A program made the translations under genes and the position numbers. The notes under the pieces are model-generated. The model saw nothing but the letters and a program-made list of their open reading frames with translations, was not told the DNA's origin and searched no databases. Below are positions 1-7,595 of a stretch of DNA of 16,020 nucleotides, one piece after another. Source of the DNA: Bdellovibrionia bacterium (GTDB taxonomy: Bacteria; Bdellovibrionota; UBA1018); assembly GCA_045805065.1 (NCBI GenBank), contig JBJMMA010000197.1, positions 1 through 16,020 of the forward strand. The letters run 5' to 3'. Within the stretch, counting starts at the first letter, position 1. Each line of letters opens with the position of its first letter.

Positions 1-548
1 ACGGAGAGCACGCAGGCTGCGACTTTTTGACGTGTATCGAGGAGCGAAGTCTCGAGAATGACTTTCACAGGGTAGGGGTGTGCTGCTTCAACGACTTCAT
101 GGATGTCGTTGAGAACGTAAGCGTAGTTCTCTTCTTTGAGTGCGCCGACAGGAACGACCATGTCGATTTCGCGTGCGCCCAGGCGAATGGCTTCACGCGT
201 TTCAAAAACTTTGGTGGAAGTCGTGCAGGCTCCCAGTGGGAATCCGATCACTGCGATGGGAAGAGTTGTGCTTCGCCCAGAACTGTCCTGAAGAAGGGTT
301 GCTGCCTCGGCAATATGTGCCGAGTTGATGCACACCGTCGCAAATCCATGTTCGCGAGCTTCTTTGCAAATTCTCTGGATATCGCTTCGAGTGGACTCGG
401 GTTTCAGCAGGGTGTGATCGATAAAGCGGGCGAGATCCTGAATAGCTGCCGGGGGTTGAGCGGCTTGAGGTTGTAGTGAGCCCTCGGCTGCTGATTTAGC
501 CAGTTGGTTGATTCGTGAAAGGATTTCAGGTTTTAGCTCAATTCCCAT
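1..548 (-). CDS. deoC: Deoxyribose-phosphate aldolase, 5' part (runs off the left edge of the window)
   Basis: Manual translation of the reverse strand from ATG at 548: MGIELKPEILSRINQ...DLARFIDHTLLKPEST...GFATVCINS...IAVIGFPLGACTTSTKVFETREAIRLGAREIDMVVPVGALK...VKVILETSLL. IDHTLL, VIGFPLG, EIDMV and KVILET are DeoC motifs. Not in the supplied ORF track because the stop lies outside the window. Confidence 0.96.
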   Translation of the reverse strand, partial: MGIELKPEILSRINQLAKSAAEGSLQPQAAQPPAAIQDLARFIDHTLLKPESTRSDIQRICKEAREHGFATVCINSAHIAEAATLLQDSSGRSTTLPIAVIGFPLGACTTSTKVFETREAIRLGAREIDMVVPVGALKEENYAYVLNDIHEVVEAAHPYPVKVILETSLLDTRQKVAACVLS

Positions 549-742
549 AGTTGCTGAGGACCTCGGAGTCCTACTTTCTACTTGAAGTGTCAAGTCGGAT
601 TCTGTATTTCTTATAAAGAGATATAAAGCGAGCGTGCCAAAAAGGTACCCAATAAGTATTCCAAATAAGTACTAAAGATAACGCTCGTGCCAATCAGTAA
701 AAAAGATAAGTAAGTTTTACGAGTTTTTCTGACTCCTCGAAA

Positions 743-1309
743 GTGGAGAAGATGCAAAGAACTGAGATCGGGTTCAAATCAAAACACCTTAGACTCCCTC
801 TTTGCCCTCTTAACAAAGGAAACTCGACCGAATCGAAAGCCAGACAAGTCTGCGAATCAAACCTACTGTTTACCCAACAAGTAACGTTTCTTTCAAAGAT
901 ATGCGTGATCACACTGCTGTTGTTCTCGCTTTCGGCGCCGCGCGAGGCGCGCGCTAGTTCGGGGAAAAAATTTTTGGAAACCATCGGAATCAGTACGGCG
1001 ATGGGAACAGTTTTAGGAGCTTCAACGTTGCCTTTCTACGATCAGCCAGGCAAACACCTCATGAATGTGGTCTACGGCGCCTCAGCAGGCGCAGTGGTAG
1101 GCGTGGGTGTCGGTCTTTATCAGTGGCTATCTGGCAGATCAAATCGCGATCAAGAGATCTTTGGTGGGGATTCACCCAGGGAGCGGTATATCTACGCTCC
1201 ACCCATCTCAGCTCATGCTTCTACTTCTTCGTTCTCTCTAGCCGCGCGTGACGCTCGAGGCCGGACACCCGTCCTGGTCTGGGCACCGCTGGTTTCCCTA
1301 ACCTGGTAG
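743..1309 (+). CDS. Hypothetical exported/membrane protein with glycine-zipper hairpin; true start uncertain (743, 752 or later)
   Basis: Signal-peptide-like segment KICVITLLLFSLSAPREARA (AxA end), followed by two Gly-rich hydrophobic segments (IGISTAMGTVLGASTLPF; VVYGASAGAVVGVGVGLY) and a C-terminal Trp. Co-directional with the RNase E/G gene, 55 nt upstream of it. Confidence 0.7.
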   Translation: MEKMQRTEIGFKSKHLRLPLCPLNKGNSTESKARQVCESNLLFTQQVTFLSKICVITLLLFSLSAPREARASSGKKFLETIGISTAMGTVLGASTLPFYDQPGKHLMNVVYGASAGAVVGVGVGLYQWLSGRSNRDQEIFGGDSPRERYIYAPPISAHASTSSFSLAARDARGRTPVLVWAPLVSLTW

Positions 1310-1360
1310 CGGCCTTTTAGGCGCTACCGAGGGGCTCAGAAGGGGCCCAGGGAGAGAGAA
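1305..1360 (+). promoter_or_regulatory. Two tandem stem-loops followed by a purine-rich Shine-Dalgarno in the RNase E/G leader
   Basis: GGTAGC(G)GCCT-TTT-AGGC-GCTACC (1305-1328, 10 bp with one bulge); GGGCTC-AGAAG-GGGCCC (1332-1348, one G-U pair); then AGGGAGAGAG before ATG 1365. No U-tract follows. Confidence 0.45.
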
Positions 1361-1364
1361 AGTC

Positions 1365-4300
1365 ATGTCTACAGAGTTGATTATTAACGCATCGTTACCT
1401 GAAACGCGTATTGCGATGATGGAAAACGGCGAGATCCAGGAGCTTTTGATTGAACGCGCTTCTGGAAAAGGGATTGTCGGCAATATCTATAAAGGCCGAG
1501 TGACCCGAGTCCTTCCCGGAATGCAGGCTGCGTTCGTGGATATCGGACTGGAAAAGGCAGCCTTTCTCTACGTCGATGACGTCTATGTTCACTCAGAAAT
1601 CTGGGAAGAAGAAGAAGGCAACACCGTAGAAGTTGCTCCAGCATCTTCTGAAGAAAACGGTGCTGAAGCTTCCGCTCCAACGACCGAGGCTTCCGCTGAA
1701 AACGGTAGAGTTCTTGCTCCGGTTGAAGCATCCGGTGATACCGCTTCTGACGTGGGCTTTGACCCGGGAGCTGCCGATGTGACGGGCGCTGATCTCAGCG
1801 CAGGTCATGGCACCGATCTCGAAATCGATATCGACGAAGAAGACGAGTTTGAAGACGGCGACTTCGACGGTCCTGAAGATCCAGAAGACTTAGGTGACGA
1901 CGAAGACGAAGAGGACGAAGACGACGACGATCAAGGCCCGGTCGGAATGGGACCTGGCGGTGATGATGATCAGGGCGGAAGCTCTGAGCAACCTGAAGGA
2001 ACGATTGCTCCTCCAAAGAGCGAGTCTTCTCAGAATGAAGGTTCTCAAAACGCAGCTTCTGGTCAAGAAGCTGGCGCTGGCGGTGCCTCGGGCGCCCAAG
2101 GCGAAAATGAAGAAGGTCGTGAAGGTGGCCGCAGACGCCATCGTCGCGGACGCCGCGGAGGCCGTTTCCGCAGACGCGATCGTGAAGGCGGCGAAGGCCG
2201 CGAGCAAAACGCTGCTGGCGCAGGCGCTGGGGAAGGCGAAGAGCTCACCGACAATTACCAAGATCAAGTTTCTGACCAGGATGTGATGCAATCGGATCGC
2301 TCCGCTCTCAGTGAGAATCCGACGGAACCCTCTGCTGCTGTTGACGCCGGTGAAGTGACCAATCGTCCTGAAGCTTCCCAAGAGCGTGGCGATGCTCGCG
2401 CAAACCGCACTGCGGGCCAATCAGGCACGAGCCGCCCAGAGTTTCGCGAACCTCGTAACAAGGATCGCAGAATCAAGTCCAAGCAGGCCGCACGTCCGGT
2501 CCGCACCCAGGTCAATATTCAAGACTTGTTGAAAGAAGGCCAGGAAGTCATCGTCCAGGTCGCAAAAGATCCGATCGCAACGAAGGGCGCACGCCTCACT
2601 TGCCATATCAGCTTGCCAGGCCGTCACTTGGTCTGCATGCCAACGATTGATCACGTGGGTGTTTCCCGCCGCATCGAGCGCGATGACGAGCGTAGAAAGC
2701 TTCGTGAGCATGTCGAGCGCTATCGTCCAAAGAACCTGGGCTTCATCGTCCGTACCGCAAGCGGTAAGGGCCAGAGCGAAAAGCGCATCAAGCAAGATAT
2801 CGAGTACCTGACCCGTCTTTGGACTGAGATCCGTGAGAAGGCAGCCTCTGTTACCGCGCCAGCTCTCGTTTACGAAGATCTTAACTCCGTTCTCAGAGCA
2901 ATCCGTGACTGGGTGACCGAGGACATCGATAAAATCATTGTCGATTCCCGTTATCACTATAACGAGATTCAGAAGTTCGTTTCGCACTTCATGCCAGCCT
3001 TGAAGCAAAAGGTTGAGCTCTATCACGGCGACATTCCAATCTTTGATGCTTACGGCATCTCCACTGAGCTTTCCCGCGCGCTTGAACGCAAGGTTTGGCT
3101 CAAGTCCGGTGGCTATATCGTGATCGACCAGGCGGAAGCTCTGGTTGCAATCGACGTCAATACCGGTCGCTACGTGGGTAAAAAGAACCTTGAAGATACG
3201 ATTCTCAAGACCAATCTTGAGGCCGTTCAAGAGATTGCCTACCAGCTGCGCTTGCGCAACTGCGGCGGCATCATCATTCTCGACCTGATCGATATGGAGA
3301 AGGAAGAGAACAAGCAGCGCGTGTATCGTGCGCTTGAAGAGGCCTTGAAGAAAGACCGCGCTCGACCTTCGATCTTGAAGATCTCGGAACTTGGCCTGGT
3401 TGAAATGACCCGTAAGCGTACGCGCGATACGATGGTTCGCGCACTTTGCGAATCCTGCTCGCATTGCGAAGGCAAGGGCTTCATCAAGAGCAAGCAAACG
3501 GTGGCTTACGAAGCGCTTCGTGAAATCGAGCGCGAGGGCATCGAAAAAGACGTGGGCAAGATCCTGGTTCAGGCTCATGCCGATGTGATCGATATCCTGG
3601 CCATTGATGAGCGTGAGACGATGGATCAGCTCGAGCGCCGTTATCGCAAGCAGATCTATCTGCAAGCCGTGATGGATTATCATCCGGAACAATTTGAAAT
3701 CAGCGGTGACAAGGTGGAAGGCGGACGCGTTCGCACCAGCGGACGTAGCCAGCAGATTCAGCAAAACAACCGCTCTCCAAACCAACGTGAATCGGGCGGA
3801 CAGCGCGAACAGCGCAGCGAACGCGGTCGTGGAGATCGCGACAGAAATGATCGCGAAAAAGGTGACCGTGAGCGGGGTGGAGATCAGCCAGAACGCTCTG
3901 CTCAGGGCGGCGGAGATCGTGAACGGGGCGGTGGACGTGGCGGACGCGATCGCGATCGTGGCCGCGGGCGTGATCGCAATCGTGGACGGGATCGTGACCA
4001 GCCAAACCGCGGGCCACAGCCGATCACCCAGATTGCAGCTCAGAACCCAGTCCAGAATCCAGCCAATACTTCGGAAGGAGTCCCTTCTGAAGTGATGGAT
4101 GATCCGGATTCACAAGCACGCTATTTGAATGCGGCACCCCAAGCAGGTGCTCCCCAGGGCTTTCCACAAGACTCTTATGATGAAGAAGATCGTCTGGCGT
4201 TTCTTCGCGCACAAGCTGCGCAAGATGCTGCGCTAGCCAAACTTCGCGGAACTGAAGGCGGCGCCCAACCAGCGCAAGGCCGCGGGACCGGCGGACCAGG

Positions 4301-4559
4301 CGGCGGTAAGGGCGGAGACCGTGATCGTGACGGTGGACGTGGCGGACGCAATGGTCGCCGCGGTCGTCGTGGACGTCGCGGAGGCCAAGGTCGCGCGAAC
4401 TTCCAAGGTCCGGGCAATGGCCCGCGCGCCTCTGGACGCGATTCTCAAGAAGGATCCCCAGTGGGTCCAACGGAGAGTGGCGGCGGATCTGACAGCCATT
4501 CAGGTGGTGGAGATGACAGCGGGGGTTCCTCCGGTCACTCGACGCCTCCAGTTGTCTGA
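1365..4559 (+). CDS. rne: Ribonuclease E/G (Rne/Rng family) with large S1-domain insertion and long disordered C-terminal tail
   Basis: N-terminal ELIINASLPETRIA, S1 motif GNIYKGRVTRVLPGMQAAFVDIG, QEVIVQVAKDPIATKGARLT, GFIVRTA (5' sensor), catalytic-region IDVNTG and GGIIILDLIDM, GLVEMTRKR, Zn-link CSHCEGKG. The core reads Rng-like while the length and tail are RNase E-like, so the symbol is approximate. Confidence 0.95.
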   Translation: MSTELIINASLPETRIAMMENGEIQELLIERASGKGIVGNIYKGRVTRVLPGMQAAFVDIGLEKAAFLYVDDVYVHSEIWEEEEGNTVEVAPASSEENGAEASAPTTEASAENGRVLAPVEASGDTASDVGFDPGAADVTGADLSAGHGTDLEIDIDEEDEFEDGDFDGPEDPEDLGDDEDEEDEDDDDQGPVGMGPGGDDDQGGSSEQPEGTIAPPKSESSQNEGSQNAASGQEAGAGGASGAQGENEEGREGGRRRHRRGRRGGRFRRRDREGGEGREQNAAGAGAGEGEELTDNYQDQVSDQDVMQSDRSALSENPTEPSAAVDAGEVTNRPEASQERGDARANRTAGQSGTSRPEFREPRNKDRRIKSKQAARPVRTQVNIQDLLKEGQEVIVQVAKDPIATKGARLTCHISLPGRHLVCMPTIDHVGVSRRIERDDERRKLREHVERYRPKNLGFIVRTASGKGQSEKRIKQDIEYLTRLWTEIREKAASVTAPALVYEDLNSVLRAIRDWVTEDIDKIIVDSRYHYNEIQKFVSHFMPALKQKVELYHGDIPIFDAYGISTELSRALERKVWLKSGGYIVIDQAEALVAIDVNTGRYVGKKNLEDTILKTNLEAVQEIAYQLRLRNCGGIIILDLIDMEKEENKQRVYRALEEALKKDRARPSILKISELGLVEMTRKRTRDTMVRALCESCSHCEGKGFIKSKQTVAYEALREIEREGIEKDVGKILVQAHADVIDILAIDERETMDQLERRYRKQIYLQAVMDYHPEQFEISGDKVEGGRVRTSGRSQQIQQNNRSPNQRESGGQREQRSERGRGDRDRNDREKGDRERGGDQPERSAQGGGDRERGGGRGGRDRDRGRGRDRNRGRDRDQPNRGPQPITQIAAQNPVQNPANTSEGVPSEVMDDPDSQARYLNAAPQAGAPQGFPQDSYDEEDRLAFLRAQAAQDAALAKLRGTEGGAQPAQGRGTGGPGGGKGGDRDRDGGRGGRNGRRGRRGRRGGQGRANFQGPGNGPRASGRDSQEGSPVGPTESGGGSDSHSGGGDDSGGSSGHSTPPVV

Positions 4560-4561
4560 TT

Positions 4562-5602
4562 ATGAGCGATAACGGTTCAAGCTACGTTCTTAAGCTCAGG
4601 ATTCCTAAGAAGGTGAAGGTCAGCGAAAGCGCGACGCCTGCGGCGCCTATAGAGGCGCCCAGTGTAGTGATGGATCGTGAGCTCTTCACTCAGTGGCTCT
4701 GGGATGAGTTTCTCCCTGAAGGCCTTCAAGGCATTCATGAAGGGACTCTCCTCAGCCAAGAGGCTGCCGACAAGGGCCTGGAAACCGAGAGTTGGACGCT
4801 GGATGCGGCCGAAGCCCCTCGCGAGCGCGACTGGGTGGCCGATCAGGTGGAGAACGACGCTGAGCTTTACTTTGAAACGAAGGAAGGCGCCGAGAAGGCT
4901 GCCGGGCGTTTGCGTTCGATGACCGATGCCGGAGTGGGCGAGATCGTCGAGCAAAAGAACGAAGACTGGGACGCCCAGTGGAAGGCCTCATTCTTAGGCT
5001 CTGAAAATGGAGTGCCGGTTCCTCCGTTCTGGCGGATTTTGCCTCCTTGGGTTGAGCCTGCCAAAGTGTTGGGTGCGGGTGAGCGTGCGCTCAAAATCAA
5101 TCCAGGCGCAGGCTTTGGTACCGGAACCCATGAAACGACTCAGCTTTGCTTGCAGGCGATTGGTGAGGCTTCTCAGCTTAAATCACTCGCAGGCGCCCAG
5201 GTCCTGGACTTTGGAAGCGGCTCAGGGATTTTGGCCATTGGTGCAGGACTTCTTGGCGCTCAAGTCGATGCGGTGGAGATTGATCCCCTGGCCATTGATA
5301 ATGCGCTTGAGAACGCAAAGCTCAATGGCGTGGAAGATCGCCTCAATTATTCGCGCGCGATGGCAACAGACGTGAGGCCTTATCGCCTGGTGATTGCCAA
5401 TATCTTGCGGCCCGTGCTTTTGGAGTTCTCTGAGAAGCTTGTGGCTCGCATCGATACATCTCCGGGATCGGGACTGATCTTGTCAGGCCTGATTGAGTCC
5501 GATGTGAAAGAAGTTCGAGAGCGTTTTAGTGCACTTTTAGGGGGACTTGAGCCTCAAGTCCGGGAGCTAAACGAATGGCGAGCGCTGATCTGGAAACGTT
5601 AG
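4562..5602 (+). CDS. prmA: Ribosomal protein L11 methyltransferase
   Basis: EDWDAQWK, INPGAGFGTGTHETT, VLDFGSGSGILAI, EIDPLAIDNALEN, VIANIL, LILSGLI. Starts 2 nt after the rne stop codon. Confidence 0.93.
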   Translation: MSDNGSSYVLKLRIPKKVKVSESATPAAPIEAPSVVMDRELFTQWLWDEFLPEGLQGIHEGTLLSQEAADKGLETESWTLDAAEAPRERDWVADQVENDAELYFETKEGAEKAAGRLRSMTDAGVGEIVEQKNEDWDAQWKASFLGSENGVPVPPFWRILPPWVEPAKVLGAGERALKINPGAGFGTGTHETTQLCLQAIGEASQLKSLAGAQVLDFGSGSGILAIGAGLLGAQVDAVEIDPLAIDNALENAKLNGVEDRLNYSRAMATDVRPYRLVIANILRPVLLEFSEKLVARIDTSPGSGLILSGLIESDVKEVRERFSALLGGLEPQVRELNEWRALIWKR

Positions 5603-5616
5603 GACAGGGCGGGGAT

Positions 5617-5958
5617 ATGTATTTTGCCCCGGTGAAGTACCGCAACATGAGGGTGCAGGTGCTCCTCATGTTGGTCACGATCGGGATGTATGGAATCTAC
5701 TGGTTCTATTCGACCGCAACCGACATGGCCAATAAGATGAGGCGCGAAGAGCCTACGGTTCTCTGGACCATTCTTCTCTTTGTTCCGCTGATCTCGTTTT
5801 ACGCCTATTACAAATACAGCGAGCTTTTTGAGAAGATCTCGCCTGATATGAACAAATGGATTTTGCTCCTGCTTTGGACGTTTTTTCCTCCAGCAGTCTG
5901 GGCATTGGTTCAGATCAAGCTCAATAAGATTGCGCTTTCAAGCAACTCGCTCGCTTAA
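5617..5958 (+). CDS. Small membrane protein, DUF4234-like (113 aa from ATG 5617)
   Basis: LLMLVTIGMYGIYWFY signature, three hydrophobic segments and a terminal VQIKLN resemble DUF4234. ATG 5617 follows a G-rich RBS-like tract and avoids the overlap with prmA implied by the 5575 start. Confidence 0.7.
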   Translation: MYFAPVKYRNMRVQVLLMLVTIGMYGIYWFYSTATDMANKMRREEPTVLWTILLFVPLISFYAYYKYSELFEKISPDMNKWILLLLWTFFPPAVWALVQIKLNKIALSSNSLA

Positions 5959-5981
5959 TCCGGCTCAGCGTAAGCTTCGAA

Positions 5982-6860
5982 TTAGATCGCTTTCAACTTA
6001 GCGGTCAAAAGGTCGCCAAAGAAAGTGCTGGACCAAAGATCGGTTGCTGATGGATCCCGAAGAAAAGGCGTGACGTCTCTTTTGGCGGCTTCGAAGTTTA
6101 CTTGGGAAATTTTCTCGCGCAAAAGCTCAAGTAATCGCTTCAAATCCAAAGGATGATCTTCGTTCCAGCCTCCGGATTGACGAAGTCGCAGTTCGAGATG
6201 ACTCAGGTGAACTGGAGTTCCGTGAGAAAGATACCAGACTAAGTCATAGTAGTCGCGGCCCTTCACTCTGTTTTTCCAGCTGCGTTGCAAGATAGCGTGG
6301 AGCTTTCCCGCAAATAGGTCGGGTTGCTTATAGGTTTTGACTGAGAAGGGGATGGGCTGCAAAAGCGTCTTTGCTTCAGTCTCAAATCCGCCGGGTGGTT
6401 GCGTATCCACTTCGAGCTTGATGCTCATAACAGCATTCTTATGGGTTCCCTGCGCGTTTTGAGGAACATTGATTTTCAGAAAATGCTCGAGTGTATTTGC
6501 CTTAATAAAAGCGGATTCGATTGCCGTCTCCACGGATTTCTTTTTTTCCTCTACAGAGACGTCAAAACCCATGGCGATCAGTTCGGTTTCGATGGCCTTG
6601 AGATAAGGCGCCAGGCTGAAGTCTTCCTGTGGACCCAGGAGTGAGAAATCAAGATCCTCCGAAAAACGATCAAGCCCATAAAGAATCCTAAGTGCCGTAC
6701 CGCCGTAGAAAGCAGCATGTTCAAAAAACTTGGCTCTCCAGAGTCCCAAGAGCGCAATTTCCTGCAATATCTCTTTTAAGGCGTTTTCGTAATCCTTCGT
6801 CGTCGTGCCTGAATAGCGACTCAGCATGGAGACAATTGCTGGATTCAATGAGGTTCTCAT
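5982..6860 (-). CDS. abiEii: Type IV toxin-antitoxin toxin, AbiEii/AbiGii-family nucleotidyltransferase
   Basis: AAFYGGTALRILYGLDRFSEDLDFS (GGT and RxSxDLD pol-beta NTase motifs), IKLEVD, AGKLHA, KGRDYYDL. Start placed at ATG 6860, which overlaps the upstream stop as ATGA (6857-6860). Confidence 0.93.
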   Translation of the reverse strand: MRTSLNPAIVSMLSRYSGTTTKDYENALKEILQEIALLGLWRAKFFEHAAFYGGTALRILYGLDRFSEDLDFSLLGPQEDFSLAPYLKAIETELIAMGFDVSVEEKKKSVETAIESAFIKANTLEHFLKINVPQNAQGTHKNAVMSIKLEVDTQPPGGFETEAKTLLQPIPFSVKTYKQPDLFAGKLHAILQRSWKNRVKGRDYYDLVWYLSHGTPVHLSHLELRLRQSGGWNEDHPLDLKRLLELLREKISQVNFEAAKRDVTPFLRDPSATDLWSSTFFGDLLTAKLKAI

Positions 6861-7492
6861 AAAGTCTTTAAAATCCATTCGATCGATGTGTTGCGATAGA
6901 CGCTGTTGATTTGCGCAAGCTTTTCGGCACTCAGATTTCGCCAGTTTTGTTCATCAATTCGTAAGTCGGACTCCAGGAATTCTATGGCTTGATCTGCGCT
7001 GCTGATGTGTCGGATTTTGTTTAAAGCAATGTAATCGCACAGAGCTTTTTCAGGAGATGCCATGAGGACAGGGTGTGTTTGATCGATCATCACCTGTTGA
7101 ATCTCACTGGAGTACTTCTCAACGCCCAGATACCGGTAAGTGAAGTTTCCAATAGGTGTCTTAAACCGCTTATCCCGTTGGATGGTTACGCTAGTTAGGG
7201 TTTCTACTCGTTCCGGAATCAGTCCATGAAACGAGAGAGCATACTCGAGTGAAATATAGGAGGGACCGTAAATCAAATTAGCCAGAAGCTCCTTACAGAC
7301 GGGGGCCTGGTTATAGTCTGGTCCAAAGACATACAGGCCTTTTTTGACCCGAATAATGACTTCTGCCTTAAGGAGTTCGTTAATCTTCTGCCTAACGCCT
7401 GAATAAGCTGACAAAGCGCTTGTCAGAAGGGCGTAATCAAACTCCTCGGCAGGGATCATTTTTCGAAGCTGAAAAGGGGTAATCTGAGACAT
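6857..7492 (-). CDS. abiEi: Type IV toxin-antitoxin antitoxin / transcriptional regulator, AbiEi-like
   Basis: N-terminal wHTH-type IIRVKKGLYV, PSYISLEYALSFHGLIPE, TSVT, ASPEKALCD. Lies directly upstream of, and is translationally coupled to, the AbiEii gene. Confidence 0.9.
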   Translation of the reverse strand: MSQITPFQLRKMIPAEEFDYALLTSALSAYSGVRQKINELLKAEVIIRVKKGLYVFGPDYNQAPVCKELLANLIYGPSYISLEYALSFHGLIPERVETLTSVTIQRDKRFKTPIGNFTYRYLGVEKYSSEIQQVMIDQTHPVLMASPEKALCDYIALNKIRHISSADQAIEFLESDLRIDEQNWRNLSAEKLAQINSVYRNTSIEWILKTL

Positions 7493-7494
7493 GG

Positions 7495-7588
7495 TTTATC
7501 CAGTAAGTTAGAACTATTTTAACATACTGGATAAAAAACGAGTAAAAATTATCCAGTATGTTAGGAATATCTTAACTTACTGGATAAA
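7495..7588. promoter_or_regulatory. Four-half-site operator (two inverted-repeat pairs) overlapping the predicted abiE promoter
   Basis: Half-sites TTTATCCAGTAAGTTA (7495-7510), TAACATACTGGATAAA (7520-7535), ATTATCCAGTATGTTA (7548-7563), TAACTTACTGGATAAA (7573-7588). Each pair has a 9-nt spacer; pairs are offset by 53 nt. A minus-strand extended -10 TG-T-TAAAAT lies at 7524-7516. AbiEi antitoxins are known to autoregulate through promoter inverted repeats. Confidence 0.88.
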
Positions 7589-7595
7589 ATGGGTT

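Noticed and set aside
27..476. 149-aa plus-strand ORF
   Set aside because: It is antisense to the clearly recognisable deoC.
430..548. About 35-aa N-terminal extension on DeoC
   Set aside because: Variable N-terminal extensions are common in DeoC and nothing specific is visible in this one.
694..984. 96-aa minus-strand ORF in the divergent region
   Set aside because: No motifs or RBS, and it overlaps the better-supported plus-strand membrane protein gene.
2421..3785. 454-aa antisense ORF opposite the RNase E/G core
   Set aside because: No recognisable motifs; it mirrors the most codon-biased part of rne, where antisense stop codons are naturally scarce. Treated as a shadow ORF.
3820..4400. 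GATCGT/GGACGT/GGCCGC-type short repeats
   Set aside because: Explained by RD/RG low-complexity coding in the RNase E tail; synonymous positions vary and there is no regular repeat-spacer period.
7495..7588. Possible mini-CRISPR, MITE or attC-like site
   Set aside because: Only two units 12 nt apart, no cas, transposase or integrase gene, no target duplication. Position at the abiEi start fits an autoregulatory operator better.
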